Shown here: piece by piece, positions 10,677 through 20,881 of the stretch
How positions within the stretch are numbered: position 1 is the first letter of the stretch
Layout of the letters: every line of letters starts with the position of its first letter
Source: Nitrospira japonica
Lineage (GTDB): Bacteria; Nitrospirota; Thermodesulfovibrionia; Thermodesulfovibrionales; SM23-35
Length of the DNA stretch: 64,000 nucleotides
NCBI GenBank assembly: GCA_020725385.1
Contig: DYFC01000054.1
Span: 32,001 to 96,000 of the forward strand
Direction: 5' to 3'
Position numbers and translations under genes: made by a program
Notes under the pieces: generated by a model
The model's database searches: none
What the model saw: only the letters and a program-made list of their open reading frames with translations
What the model was told of the DNA's origin: nothing

Positions 10677-11744
10677 TTATTCTCCTATCAATAAAACTTC
10701 TTCCAACTCATTTATGCTCAATACATATTTGTAGTCTTTTCGCTTTATCGCATGCACACTATGTTTATATTTTTTAAGAATATCTAAAAGTTCATCTATT
10801 GATGGAATTCCATCAGAACGATATGAAACAACAAGAATACTGTCTCTAAACTTGCAAAATAAGTTATCAAAAGCAGAGTGTATTTTATTCTTATCCATCC
10901 AGACAGTAGGAATAGATTTAAGTTTTTTATGTTTTGAATTATAGTCAATCGTGTTTGCCCAGTTATCATAATTAACAAGTCCCTCAAGAAAATGATAAAA
11001 CTCAAGATAATCTACTCCCACCCCTTTTTTAGAAATATAGGGCGTATCAATATATACAAGCTCATAATTTCCCTGAATATCAAAAACATCCATATTTAAT
11101 GCAGTATTTTTTCTACCATTAGAAAATACAGCGTCATTTGCTTCGCTAATAAACTTTTTAAAATGAACCTCAAACGGTGTATCCCAGGTAGCTTTATTAC
11201 CAAAATCTCTTTTCACATCAGCAAATCTTAAATAAAGATTTTTTCTGTGAAATAAATTAAAAGGTCTTTTTACAAGACATGCCTGAAATAATGCAAAATA
11301 TGCTAATGCTTGTTTATATTTATCTTCAAGCAATCTAATATTGGTCGAAATCATATCAATCCATGTATTTTCTTCATCTGTATAATAGATGTCTTTAAAA
11401 GTATCAGCTATAAATGTTGGATAGACTACTCCGTTATGCTTTGTAAGAAGAAAAGTCATATCATCATCTGAAAGTGTAATTTCATCGTTTTCAATTAATG
11501 CAAGTCCTACATAATAGTTAAATTTCAGGATGTCATTGTATGTAACCTGCTTACCATTTTCTTTAAGTTTATATGCTACGCATCCTGTGCCTCCAAAAGC
11601 ATCAAGAGCGGTACGAAAATCTAAATTCTTAATAGCCTGCCAGATCCAATCAACAATTTTCAGCTTGCTTCCCTGAAAGCGGGTTGAGGGAAAAGCAGGG
11701 GCTGGTTTAATTAAGGTCATCTGTTCTTTAGTAACACATTTCAT
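10677..11744 (-). CDS. N6-adenine DNA methyltransferase (D12/Dam-FokI-like, alpha class)
   Basis: RFQGSK, LDAFGGTG (motif I), YIDTPY (variant motif IV), YHFLEGL. Confidence 0.85.
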   Translation of the reverse strand: MKCVTKEQMTLIKPAPAFPSTRFQGSKLKIVDWIWQAIKNLDFRTALDAFGGTGCVAYKLKENGKQVTYNDILKFNYYVGLALIENDEITLSDDDMTFLLTKHNGVVYPTFIADTFKDIYYTDEENTWIDMISTNIRLLEDKYKQALAYFALFQACLVKRPFNLFHRKNLYLRFADVKRDFGNKATWDTPFEVHFKKFISEANDAVFSNGRKNTALNMDVFDIQGNYELVYIDTPYISKKGVGVDYLEFYHFLEGLVNYDNWANTIDYNSKHKKLKSIPTVWMDKNKIHSAFDNLFCKFRDSILVVSYRSDGIPSIDELLDILKKYKHSVHAIKRKDYKYVLSINELEEVLLIGE

Positions 11745-11759
11745 TTCGTAATCTATTTT

Positions 11760-12815
11760 TTATCCAACTTTTCTGCCTTTTAGTTTATCAATCCAATCTT
11801 TATCAATCTTTAAGGTTAATGACCTCAAAATACCTTTAATAAATAAAGAAACGGATAATTTGCCAAAATTTCGTTCTTTTTCACTGAGAACATCTTCACC
11901 TTTTAGGATTACTTCTTCAAGTCCTGCTGGCACATCAAAATAAAATCGCCTTCTTTGTTCATCAGCAGAAAATTCAAGCCATATCGGAATATCTTGTGGT
12001 AATGGATTGCCATCATAATATATTTTACAGAGTTCTTCGTCAGAATTGGCAAACAATTCATCAGGGAATAAATCTTTGCTAAGAAAATGTAATAACACAC
12101 CTGTTGATGTCATTCCGAAAAAACTTGTTTTAACTGGTAAGAGTGATTCATGAAGATTACTAAGTAAATTTCTTCTATTATTCATATCATATTTTTCCAA
12201 AAAATTATTAATGTTTGATGAATAATCTTCTAACAAATTTTCTAAATCTCTCATAAAAGTTGAATGTTTTCCAAAACTGATAGTTTTGCGCCACGAAAGA
12301 CCATCGCTTTCTAATAATTCGATATCTTTCTTTATTTCTGCCATTTGCTGATTGGTACGATAAGAAATTGTCTTTATTCCATGGGCAAAAGCTAAATTAA
12401 CTGCTTGTTCTTGAAACCCATTTGCTGAGAAAAATACTCCTAAATCAGTGTATCTATTTTGGGAGTCAATAGTATGAGAACCATCAATAAAATAGTTTTC
12501 AGAAATGTCTTTTATTACACCGATAAAAGATCGTATTTTATCTTTATTAACTTCATGGTTGTAATATTTTGCTTCTACAAGAAGTCTTAAAGGATATGTA
12601 AAGGGAATCCTCCTAGAAAAAATACAAGGTGTATCTATTTGATGCCATGTTCCTCTACCTTTAATCTCAATTTTATATTCTCCATTGATTCTAATTCTCT
12701 CACTTTCATTGGCTGACAGAAGTGACCATCCATTCTTCTTAAGTAGATGACGGACAACGACTTCGAATATATACCCTCTTAATTGTCCTCTTTTGAACCC
12801 TTTTTCTCCTCTCAT
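11760..12815 (-). CDS. PD-(D/E)xK restriction endonuclease-like protein (Mrr_cat-like)
   Basis: GYIFE...HQID...LLVEAK...VFFSANGF...A..FAFAHGI pattern. Confidence 0.75.
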   Translation of the reverse strand: MRGEKGFKRGQLRGYIFEVVVRHLLKKNGWSLLSANESERIRINGEYKIEIKGRGTWHQIDTPCIFSRRIPFTYPLRLLVEAKYYNHEVNKDKIRSFIGVIKDISENYFIDGSHTIDSQNRYTDLGVFFSANGFQEQAVNLAFAHGIKTISYRTNQQMAEIKKDIELLESDGLSWRKTISFGKHSTFMRDLENLLEDYSSNINNFLEKYDMNNRRNLLSNLHESLLPVKTSFFGMTSTGVLLHFLSKDLFPDELFANSDEELCKIYYDGNPLPQDIPIWLEFSADEQRRRFYFDVPAGLEEVILKGEDVLSEKERNFGKLSVSLFIKGILRSLTLKIDKDWIDKLKGRKVG

Positions 12816-12864
12816 ACTCAGTTCTTTATTGTCCTATTTAAACTTTCGATAATAAAACTAAGTC

Positions 12865-13683
12865 TCATTTCTTCAACTTCTTATATTCCCTATACTCCTT
12901 TAAATTCTTATACGGAGCGCCTTTGAGGTCAACTGCCTTTGCCATATCTTTTGTCATATAATACATCCAGTAGTCATTAAAAATATCTTCCCCAAGTTCG
13001 GCGAATGGCCCCTTTCCATAAATTAATTCATCAATTTTTGTAACAGAACCTATATTTTTTGTATTGCCACTCCCCGGTCGGTCAAGGGCAATACGATATT
13101 TCTCCTGAATAAAAAATGTAAAGTCTTTAATAACAGATGTAATGTTTTGCAGGTCATCCAACTTATATATTTTTCTCTCATCTAAATCTTTATCTGTTCT
13201 GGAATAGATTACACCAAGGACAAAATGCCCGACATATTCGTCATAGGGAAAAGTGATATTCTTTTTACTTTTCCTGTCTCGGAAATATCCTGTAAATGCT
13301 CCTAAGGTCATACCATTTACCTCTTTCCCGTTCTTTCGATAGGTGCTTTTTAGGTCAACTGCATATTTATTATCTTTGTCATCTATAAATGTAATATCGG
13401 GGTAAAAATTCTGCTCCTTGCAAAGAACCATTTTGTAATTATTATCTTGAGCAAATTGACAAATTTTAGGAAAAAGAAGAAGCTCCATAACCTTTGAAAC
13501 AACTTTGGTGTCAAAAGAAATTGTATAAATATTTTTTGCAATATCAATAAATCCTTTAACTACCCAGTCTCCTTCTCCAGTAGAAACTGCTGCATTAAAC
13601 AATTCAACATACTTGAGAAGCTGGTTTCTGAACTTCTCTTTTAGTTTTTGTTTTTCTTCTAAATTCTCCATATTTTCCTTCAA
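12865..13683 (-). CDS. EcoRV-family type II restriction endonuclease
   Basis: QNFYPD, AVDLKSTY, TLGAFTGY, KNITFPY, GSGNTKNIGS parallel EcoRV QNHYPD, IDIKTTY, GSGNTTNIGS. Confidence 0.88.
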   Translation of the reverse strand: MKENMENLEEKQKLKEKFRNQLLKYVELFNAAVSTGEGDWVVKGFIDIAKNIYTISFDTKVVSKVMELLLFPKICQFAQDNNYKMVLCKEQNFYPDITFIDDKDNKYAVDLKSTYRKNGKEVNGMTLGAFTGYFRDRKSKKNITFPYDEYVGHFVLGVIYSRTDKDLDERKIYKLDDLQNITSVIKDFTFFIQEKYRIALDRPGSGNTKNIGSVTKIDELIYGKGPFAELGEDIFNDYWMYYMTKDMAKAVDLKGAPYKNLKEYREYKKLKK

Positions 13684-14500
13684 TTCGGTCTTTTATAAGC
13701 TGGCAATAGTTTGAATCTATCTCAATCATGATACATTTTCTATTGAGCCCTTGCGCAACATATCCTGTTGTACCAGAGCCAGCAAAGGGATCAAGAATCA
13801 AATCGCATTCATTGCTTCCAGCCAGTATCACATATTCCAAAACAATCGTTTGTTTTGTAGCAGGGTGGCGAAAAGGATTTTTCTCGGCCCAGTATTCCCA
13901 GATATTTTTCATCTGAATCCCACCATTTAATTCCTTCATAACTTTGTAATTAAATTTTGTCCTTCCTTTTGTATTCTTTTTTGCCCATAACATAGTCTCG
14001 GTAACAGCCCTGAAGCATGAACCTTTAAAATTAGGTGGAGCATTTCTTTTATGAAGAATTATATCATTAAGTATCTTGAAACCTAAGTCTTGAAGAACAA
14101 CATTTATTACCCCTATACTGTGGTATGTCCCTGTAACCCAGATTGTAGCTCCTTCTTTAAGAATACGCTGGGCTTCTTTTAGCCAGCTATAATGAAATTC
14201 AAACTGATAATTAAGGGATTTAGAATAAGCCCATTGAGCCTTCTGAGTATCGAATGAATCAGCATGACCATCGTTGCGCTTTATAACCAGTCCTGATTGA
14301 TTTCCAAAGTAGGGAGGATCGGCAAAAATAAGATCTATATACTTATCAGGGACCCTTTTTAATAAATTTAATGCATCACCGTTGTAAAGTGCTATCTTTC
14401 TTTTGTCATCATAAAAGTAAGGTTTTATGGCCTCATACTTACCATAAGAAGTTTTTTCCTCTGCACAAATAAAACCCGTAGTTTCGAACTGTTCGATCAT
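13604..14500 (-). CDS. N4/N6 DNA methyltransferase (beta class)
   Basis: IFADPPY precedes HPATK and LDPFAGSGTT. Confidence 0.9.
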   Translation of the reverse strand: MIEQFETTGFICAEEKTSYGKYEAIKPYFYDDKRKIALYNGDALNLLKRVPDKYIDLIFADPPYFGNQSGLVIKRNDGHADSFDTQKAQWAYSKSLNYQFEFHYSWLKEAQRILKEGATIWVTGTYHSIGVINVVLQDLGFKILNDIILHKRNAPPNFKGSCFRAVTETMLWAKKNTKGRTKFNYKVMKELNGGIQMKNIWEYWAEKNPFRHPATKQTIVLEYVILAGSNECDLILDPFAGSGTTGYVAQGLNRKCIMIEIDSNYCQLIKDRIEGKYGEFRRKTKTKREVQKPASQVC

Positions 14501-14548
14501 TGTGTTTCCTTCATCATCTATCTAATTTCCACCCTTGATTTATTTATC

Positions 14549-14722
14549 CTATATCTTTCCACTTCTAAACAACTCCTGGATTTCTATTGTTTTTTTAGGT
14601 AAAGATTTTCTTAATTTGTTGCCATAATAAAGCCACTTGAGTTTTCTTTCTATAGGCCATTTACGGTATTCATCCAACTGCTCTTCACTCACAAAATATG
14701 TAAATCCTCCCTTTTTCTCCAT
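14549..14722 (-). CDS. Small protein (57 aa), putative partner of the nucleotidyltransferase; absent from the ORF track
   Basis: MEKKGGFTYFVSEEQLDEYRKWPIERKLKWLYYGNKLRKSLPKKTIEIQELFRSGKI*; ATG overlaps the upstream stop (TAATG). Confidence 0.7.
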   Translation of the reverse strand: MEKKGGFTYFVSEEQLDEYRKWPIERKLKWLYYGNKLRKSLPKKTIEIQELFRSGKI

Positions 14723-15213
14723 TATCTCTCCAGTATCTTTTTCAGGTATTCTACATCTGAAATATCCTGTTTGCGTCCTGAATGTTGTTTAAGTGTTATG
14801 AGATCATGTATTGAGATAGTTGGAATTCCTATCCCCTCAATCTCGAATATAACGGCTCTGCTCTTTAAGTCACTATAAGGAATCGGAGAATGAAAAACAA
14901 TATCGATTTCTCCAATTGGTAATTTATCATTGTAAAAGCTTAATGCTCTCATTTCTTTTTCAAGCGTCCACTTTTCTCTTATTTCTTTATCAGCAATTTC
15001 TATTGGATTAACCGGAACTTTCGGACGATAGCCTAAATCATTTAGTTTATTAATTAATCTATTTACATTTTCGCTTTCAAGCAATATCATAAGATCAATA
15101 TCATAAGTCATTCTTGGAATACCGTGAAAATTTACTGCTAAACCTCCAACAACAAGATAATCTATTTTGAGTTCATTAAATGTTTTGAATATATTTTTAA
15201 AATCCATTTCCAT
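14722..15213 (-). CDS. Pol-beta-like nucleotidyltransferase family protein
   Basis: YLVVGGLAVNFHG..RMTYDID...DLITLK...GRKQD. Confidence 0.85.
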   Translation of the reverse strand: MEMDFKNIFKTFNELKIDYLVVGGLAVNFHGIPRMTYDIDLMILLESENVNRLINKLNDLGYRPKVPVNPIEIADKEIREKWTLEKEMRALSFYNDKLPIGEIDIVFHSPIPYSDLKSRAVIFEIEGIGIPTISIHDLITLKQHSGRKQDISDVEYLKKILER

Positions 15214-16430
15214 TATTTATAACTCTCGATCATTTCTTTAAATCTTTTAAAAATATGCGCTGAATCATTTGGGCCCGGACCAGCTTCAGGATGATGCTGA
15301 ACCGAGAAAATTGGCAGCTCAACGTGCTGCATACCTTCTTCAGTCCCGTCATAAAGATTCTTATGGGTAAGCCTTACCTGACCTTTAAGGCTATTTATAT
15401 CAACACAATAGTTATGATTTTGAGAAGTAATCTCAACCCTCCCGGTTGTTAAATCTTTTACAGGATGGTTTCCTCCATGATGTCCGAACTTAAGCTTATA
15501 AGTTGTTCCACCCATTGAAAGTCCAAGAATCTGATGGCCGAGACATATACCAAAAATAGGTTTTTTCCCCATCAATCTTTTTGTGTTCTCAATGCCATAT
15601 GTAACAGTTTGGGGGTCACCTGGCCCGTTACTAAGAACTATTCCATCGGGATTCATGTCAAGAACTTCTTCAGCAGGTGTTTGTGCTGGTATAACCGTAA
15701 CTTCAAAACCTGCTTCAACAAGATTCCGAAGAATATTGAATTTTACTCCAAAATCATAGACAGCAATCCTAATCCCCCTCAGCCCCCCTTTACCAAAGGG
15801 GGGTAAGGGGGGATTTTTCTGACTTTCTAAATTCTGCTTTCTGACTTCAGTTTGAGTAGGTTCCCATTTCCAGCAACCTTTGTTCCATTCATATTTTTCT
15901 TTTGTTGTTACATCCTTCACAAGATCAAAAGCAGAAATTCCAGGATGTGCTCTGACTTTTTCCAAAAGACTTACAGGATTCAGGTCAACAGTTGAAATAA
16001 TACCCATCTGTGCTCCGTAGTTTCTTAAATGTCTTGTCAAAGCACGCGTGTCAATGCCTTCTATTCCAACTATCCCATATTCTTTTAAATAATCTCCTAA
16101 TGAGTTTGTTAATTTTGAATCTTGAATTTTGAATTTTGAATTTTCAGCCCTCCAGTTGCTCGGAAAATCAATATATTCTTTTACAACAAATCCTTCCACT
16201 TTTGGACCACCAAACGACTCTAAGTCTTCATCATTTATTCCATAATTTCCAATTTGTGAATATGTCATTACAACAATTTGTCCTTTATAAGAAGGATCTG
16301 TAAGTATTTCTTGATAACCTGTCATTGATGTATTGAAAACAACCTCTCCTATGGTTTCTCCTTCAGCACCAAAATTTTCCCCTTCAAATACAACTCCATC
16401 AGAAAGCACAAGAAATGCCTTACCACTCAT
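15213..16430 (-). CDS. carA: Carbamoyl-phosphate synthase small subunit (start revised to MSGKAFL)
   Basis: GEVVFNTSMTGYQE, DFGVK, SNGPGDP, GICLGHQ, QHHPEAGPGP. Confidence 0.97.
   Translation of the reverse strand: MSGKAFLVLSDGVVFEGENFGAEGETIGEVVFNTSMTGYQEILTDPSYKGQIVVMTYSQIGNYGINDEDLESFGGPKVEGFVVKEYIDFPSNWRAENSKFKIQDSKLTNSLGDYLKEYGIVGIEGIDTRALTRHLRNYGAQMGIISTVDLNPVSLLEKVRAHPGISAFDLVKDVTTKEKYEWNKGCWKWEPTQTEVRKQNLESQKNPPLPPFGKGGLRGIRIAVYDFGVKFNILRNLVEAGFEVTVIPAQTPAEEVLDMNPDGIVLSNGPGDPQTVTYGIENTKRLMGKKPIFGICLGHQILGLSMGGTTYKLKFGHHGGNHPVKDLTTGRVEITSQNHNYCVDINSLKGQVRLTHKNLYDGTEEGMQHVELPIFSVQHHPEAGPGPNDSAHIFKRFKEMIESYK
15771..15815. repeat. GC-rich palindromic dispersed repeat inserted in frame in carA
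   Basis: aatccccctcagccccccttt-acc-aaaggggggtaaggggggattt; encodes NPPLPPFGKGGLRGI. Confidence 0.85.
16111..16145. repeat. Heptamer tandem repeat (5x) inside carA
   Basis: aattttg-aatcttg-aattttg-aattttg-aattttc; encodes ENSKFKIQDSKL. Confidence 0.85.
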
Positions 16431-17715
16431 AAATTTTTCCTTTATAAATCGTAAAAACAGGGCAACCCCTAAGTGCCCAGCCATCAAAAGGCGTGTTTTT
16501 CCCCTTTGATACAAAATCCTCTGCCTTAACTATATATTCTTTACTTTCATTTATAATCACGATATTTGCAAAAGAACCTGGTTTAAGATTTCCTTCGTTT
16601 AGCCCGAGAATTTTTGCCGGATTAACCGTCATTTTTTCTATAAGAGCTTTTTTTGTAAGAACATCTTCCTGAACCAACTTCAGACTTAATCCAAGTGCTG
16701 TTTCAAGTCCTGAAATTCCAAAAGGAGCAGAATCAAAAGGGTTCAGCTTTTCATCAATATGATGAGGAGCATGGTCTGTTGCAATAACATCAATAGTACC
16801 ATCTTTTAAACCTTCTTTTATGGCTTCAATATCATAAAGGGTTCTTAAGGGTGGATTAACTTTTGCGTTTGTATTATATCCCTGAACCATATCTTCAGTA
16901 ATACTGAAATAATGTGGACATGTCTCAGAGGTGATATTTACACCGCGCTTTTTGGCTTCCCTGATTAATTTGACAGAACCTGAAGTAGAAACATGGGCAA
17001 TATGAAGTCTTCCACCTGTTGATTCTGCAAGTAGAATATCCCTGAAAATCATAATTTGTTCTGCTTCAGGTGGAATTCCTCTTAACCCGAGTTTGACGGA
17101 TAAAAGTCCTTCATTCATTACACCACCTTCAGATAGAGTCAAATCCTCACTATGGGAAATAATCGGCACATTAAATGTTTTTGAATATTCAAGGGCTCTT
17201 TTCATTACAGTGCTATTTATAACAGGTCTTCCATCATCAGAAAATGCAACGCAGCCTTCATTTTTCATTGTTCCTATTTCTGCAAGCTCATCACCTTTCT
17301 GGCCTTTGGTTATAGCGCCTATAGGATAAACTGAGCAAAAACCTTCCTGTTTGGCTTTTCTTATAATAAATTCGGTTACACTTTCATGATCATTAACAGG
17401 ATTTGTATTAGGCATGCAACATACAGTTGTGAATCCTCCTTTTATTGCTGCAAATGTCCCTGTTTTAATGGTTTCTTTATATTCAAATCCAGGCTCTCTT
17501 AAATGGACATGCATATCAATAAGCCCGGGTATCACTAAAAAACCGTTAGCATCAATGATTCTATCAACATGGATATTTTCTTTATGTTTCTGACGATGTT
17601 CTTTACTTTTTATAATTACTTCCTTGATTTTTTGGTCTTCAATTAATATATCTCCCTTACAATCTATATTTTGCGAGGGATCAAGAATATAACCGTCCTT
17701 AATTAATATCTTCAT
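16420..17715 (-). CDS. pyrC: Dihydroorotase
   Basis: [36 protein letters not shown]. Confidence 0.97.
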   Translation of the reverse strand: MKILIKDGYILDPSQNIDCKGDILIEDQKIKEVIIKSKEHRQKHKENIHVDRIIDANGFLVIPGLIDMHVHLREPGFEYKETIKTGTFAAIKGGFTTVCCMPNTNPVNDHESVTEFIIRKAKQEGFCSVYPIGAITKGQKGDELAEIGTMKNEGCVAFSDDGRPVINSTVMKRALEYSKTFNVPIISHSEDLTLSEGGVMNEGLLSVKLGLRGIPPEAEQIMIFRDILLAESTGGRLHIAHVSTSGSVKLIREAKKRGVNITSETCPHYFSITEDMVQGYNTNAKVNPPLRTLYDIEAIKEGLKDGTIDVIATDHAPHHIDEKLNPFDSAPFGISGLETALGLSLKLVQEDVLTKKALIEKMTVNPAKILGLNEGNLKPGSFANIVIINESKEYIVKAEDFVSKGKNTPFDGWALRGCPVFTIYKGKIYEW

Positions 17716-18635
17716 TTTCGACTCCCTGCAAGCAAATACATAACAGCCATTCTTATTGCTATGCCATTTGTAACCTGCTCGAGTATGACCGAACTCGGTC
17801 CATCTGCGACTTCAGATGTGATTTCAATTCCTCTATTCATTGGTCCTGGATGCATAACTATAGCATCTTTTTTTGCAAAGGATAATCTTTTAGATGTTAA
17901 ACACCAGTTCCTGACATATTCTTCTGTGGTGGGAAAAAATCCTTTGTCCTGCCTCTCCATCTGGATTCTAAGCATCATTATGACATCCACATTCTGAAGC
18001 CCTTCTTCCATAGCGTGAAAAACTTCCACACCTAATTTTTCAATATTCTTAGGTATTAATGTAGGAGGTCCGATAAGTCTTACTTCTGCACCTAATTTTG
18101 TAAGACTGTAAATATTAGACTTAGCTACCCTACTGTGCGCAATATCGCCGACTATTGCTATTTTCAGGTTTTTGAAATCACCTTTTTTTTCTCTGATTGT
18201 AAAGGCATCAAGCAGAGCCTGTGTTGGATGTTCATTTATTCCGTCTCCTGCATTTATTATTGATGCTTTAAGTTTGCCTGAAAGAAGATGAGGAACTCCC
18301 GAGGATGAATGTCTGATAATGATGAAATCTGCTCCAAGAGCCTGAACAGTCATTGCTGTATCAATCAGGCTTTCACCTTTAACCACGCTGCTTGTCGGCA
18401 CTGAAAAATTTATTACGTCTGTGCTGAGCCTTTTTGCTGCAAGTTCAAATGATGTTCTTGTTCTTGTAGAAGGCTCAAAAAAAAGATTAACTGTGGTTTT
18501 ACCCCTAAGGGCGGGAACTTTCTTTATATCCCTGCTGATTACGTCTCTAAAACCCGCTGCTGTATCGAGCACAAGGATAATCTCCTCGGCAGAAAGTTCC
18601 TTGATCCCGAGAAGATCTTTACTTTTAAGCATCAA
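17712..18635 (-). CDS. pyrB: Aspartate carbamoyltransferase catalytic subunit
   Basis: [27 protein letters not shown]. Confidence 0.98.
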   Translation of the reverse strand: MMLKSKDLLGIKELSAEEIILVLDTAAGFRDVISRDIKKVPALRGKTTVNLFFEPSTRTRTSFELAAKRLSTDVINFSVPTSSVVKGESLIDTAMTVQALGADFIIIRHSSSGVPHLLSGKLKASIINAGDGINEHPTQALLDAFTIREKKGDFKNLKIAIVGDIAHSRVAKSNIYSLTKLGAEVRLIGPPTLIPKNIEKLGVEVFHAMEEGLQNVDVIMMLRIQMERQDKGFFPTTEEYVRNWCLTSKRLSFAKKDAIVMHPGPMNRGIEITSEVADGPSSVILEQVTNGIAIRMAVMYLLAGSRK

Positions 18636-19176
18636 AATCTCCTTTTTGAAGAATTACCTTATCTTCTCCACTCTCTTCTGCAAATTGAACTACAACAGTC
18701 TCGGAACGGGAAGTAGGGATATTCTTTCCAGCATAATCAGCTTTTATAGGTAATTCACGATGACCCCTGTCAACAAGGACAGCAAGTTGTATCGAAGAAG
18801 GTCTTCCTATGTCCATTAAAGCATCCATCGCAGCTCTTATTGACCTTCCTGTAAATAGAACATCGTCAACAAGAACGATTTTCATGTCTGTTATCTCAAA
18901 ATTTATTTCAGTTTTTCTGACCACAGGTTGTTCTTTTCGGATATTTAAATCGTCTCTATAAAACGCTATATCAAGAGAACCAACTGGTAAAATATTTTTC
19001 TCAATGTTTCTTATTTTTTCAGCAAGTCTGTTTGCGAGATAAACTCCTCCTCTTTGTATTCCAATAAGGCAGAGTTTTTCTATGCCCTTATTTCTTTCGA
19101 CTATTTCGTGAGCCATTCTTGTTATAGCCCTATCAATATCCTCTTTGTTTAGTAATTCTTTATACATAGCGGTCAC
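18625..19176 (-). CDS. pyrR: Pyrimidine operon attenuation protein / uracil phosphoribosyltransferase
   Basis: [31 protein letters not shown]. Confidence 0.97.
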   Translation of the reverse strand: MTAMYKELLNKEDIDRAITRMAHEIVERNKGIEKLCLIGIQRGGVYLANRLAEKIRNIEKNILPVGSLDIAFYRDDLNIRKEQPVVRKTEINFEITDMKIVLVDDVLFTGRSIRAAMDALMDIGRPSSIQLAVLVDRGHRELPIKADYAGKNIPTSRSETVVVQFAEESGEDKVILQKGDFDA

Positions 19177-19252
19177 CTTTTGTAATGTAAAGCTTAAAGT
19201 GTCAATTCGTAATTATCTGGCTTAGAATCGGTATATTGCCTTAAAAAGACAT

Positions 19253-19285
19253 AAAAAAACCTTCCTCTTGAAAAGATGGAAGGTT
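19253..19285 (-). terminator. Attenuator terminator in the pyrR leader
   Basis: Minus strand aaccttccatcttttcaagaggaagg followed by a U7 run. Confidence 0.8.
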
Positions 19286-19320
19286 ATGTTTTCATATTTA
19301 CAGCTCAATCTATCTCCTTT

Positions 19321-19353
19321 ACCTTTTCAGTCTCACAGGACTAATTTAAAGGT
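19321..19353 (-). promoter_or_regulatory. PyrR binding loop (anti-antiterminator)
   Basis: Minus strand ACCTTTAAATTAGTCCTGTGAGACTGAAAAGGT closely resembles the AGUCCNGNGAGGYU PyrR motif within an ACCUUU/AAAGGU stem; upstream of the terminator and pyrR. Confidence 0.85.
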
Positions 19354-19504
19354 GATTTATTTAAACATATAGATAGATGGGTTGTCAAATTATCTCTTCC
19401 TCCTTCCTTTATTAAATAAATTTATCAATTTGATGTAAGAAATTCGTCAGTTTAATGTAGTAGGAAACTCCGGATAGTCTGGAAAAAAATTTTCTACATT
19501 TATG

Positions 19505-19858
19505 CTATTCAACATTTAATTCTTTTTTTAACCATTTTTTAAGTTCTCCTTCAGGCGCATACACTCCATTAAAATGATAGAATTTATGCTGAAATTTTTC
19601 TGGTACTTCAATCTTTGCAATATCTACTGCCTGATGCGGGGATAATTGTATCAAATTTAAAAAACAAGGTTTTGAAGCACAATTCAAAATAAAATAAACA
19701 GAATAATCATTTTTAGAACGGATTAAGTAACCCCTGTTAATATCAGACCATACATTTCCCCATTCAAGATGAAGCCTTACAGCCATTTCAGGTGTCATCT
19801 CCCAATCAATAGAATTTATTAACTGCCTGTCTTTTTTTAATTCTTCAAGTGTAAGCAT
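19505..19858 (-). CDS. Conserved hypothetical protein, DVU0772-like family of sulfate reducers
   Basis: IDWEMTPEMAVRLHLEWGN motif; GGAGG RBS. Confidence 0.65.
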   Translation of the reverse strand: MLTLEELKKDRQLINSIDWEMTPEMAVRLHLEWGNVWSDINRGYLIRSKNDYSVYFILNCASKPCFLNLIQLSPHQAVDIAKIEVPEKFQHKFYHFNGVYAPEGELKKWLKKELNVE

Positions 19859-20041
19859 ATAACCCTCCTTTTCAATTAATTTATATAAATATATTATTAA
19901 TTATATTATTTAAGAAAATAAATTTCAAGTGAATTTTAAGTAGATTGGATAACAATAAAATAAGGATTGGAATTGAAAGTAGTATCATGTGATATAATTT
20001 TAATAAATTATATTATTTAATCGTCCGGTATAAGGTTAATT

Positions 20042-20881
20042 TTGCTGAAATATCATAAAATATATCTTGGAAATCTTTGTAATAATAAATGTATTCACTG
20101 CATTTCTAAAAACATATCTCCTAAATATAATTTGGATACTGTTTTAAATTCTTCAGAAAAAATAGAAAACATCTTACTTTACGGCGGTGAGCCAACTTTA
20201 AGAACAGATATTTTACTAATAATCCAGAACCTTGTTAAGTCCGGAGCTAAAAGAATAAAAATTCTTACCAATGGTCGTGTTCTCTCGGATATTAATAATC
20301 TATACAGACTAGTTGATGCAGGGTGTTTTCTATTTGAAATAAAGTTATGGGGTTCAAATCCAATTGCTCATGATAAAATTACTCGTGTCTCAGGCAGCTT
20401 TCACGAGACCATCAATGGTCTTAATAATCTTACATCTATTCAGGATAAATTTGTTGCTATGCGTATCCCTATTTGTAGAGATAATTATAGAGATATTCAG
20501 GATATGGTGATACTTTCAATAAATTTCGGTGCAAACCGGATAATTCTCAGTCATAATGATCCTAAACTTTCTTTTAAAGAAGTTTTACCTTTTGTATTCA
20601 ATTCTATAAATATCAGCTTGTTTAACCGTACGTGGATTCTGACAGAGAATTTCCCATTTTGTGTAATGAAAGGCTTTGAGAAACATATGAATGAAATTTA
20701 TGAAGGCAAAGCTCTATTGTTTGATACAAATATTAAATATAATGAAAAATGTTCTGTCTGTATTTTTAAAACAATATGTTCAGGAATCAATTCCGAATAT
20801 ATCAGAAATAATGGCATGGAGTTTTTACCTGTGATTGAAAGTAAATATTTTGATGATATCAGGCGGCTTTATGAATCCTAA
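20042..20881 (+). CDS. Radical SAM protein (HxsC/SPASM-twitch-like)
   Basis: CNNKCIHC, GGEPT, TNG, C-terminal PFC...CSVC...CSG. Confidence 0.85.
   Translation: MLKYHKIYLGNLCNNKCIHCISKNISPKYNLDTVLNSSEKIENILLYGGEPTLRTDILLIIQNLVKSGAKRIKILTNGRVLSDINNLYRLVDAGCFLFEIKLWGSNPIAHDKITRVSGSFHETINGLNNLTSIQDKFVAMRIPICRDNYRDIQDMVILSINFGANRIILSHNDPKLSFKEVLPFVFNSINISLFNRTWILTENFPFCVMKGFEKHMNEIYEGKALLFDTNIKYNEKCSVCIFKTICSGINSEYIRNNGMEFLPVIESKYFDDIRRLYES

Noticed and set aside
16431-16514. N-terminal extension of CarA in the ORF track
   Set aside because: It overlaps pyrC; CarA homology begins at MSGKAFLVL (16430)
17575-17620. Possible heptamer-derived insert in pyrC ([11 protein letters not shown])
   Set aside because: Periodicity is too weak to call without an alignment
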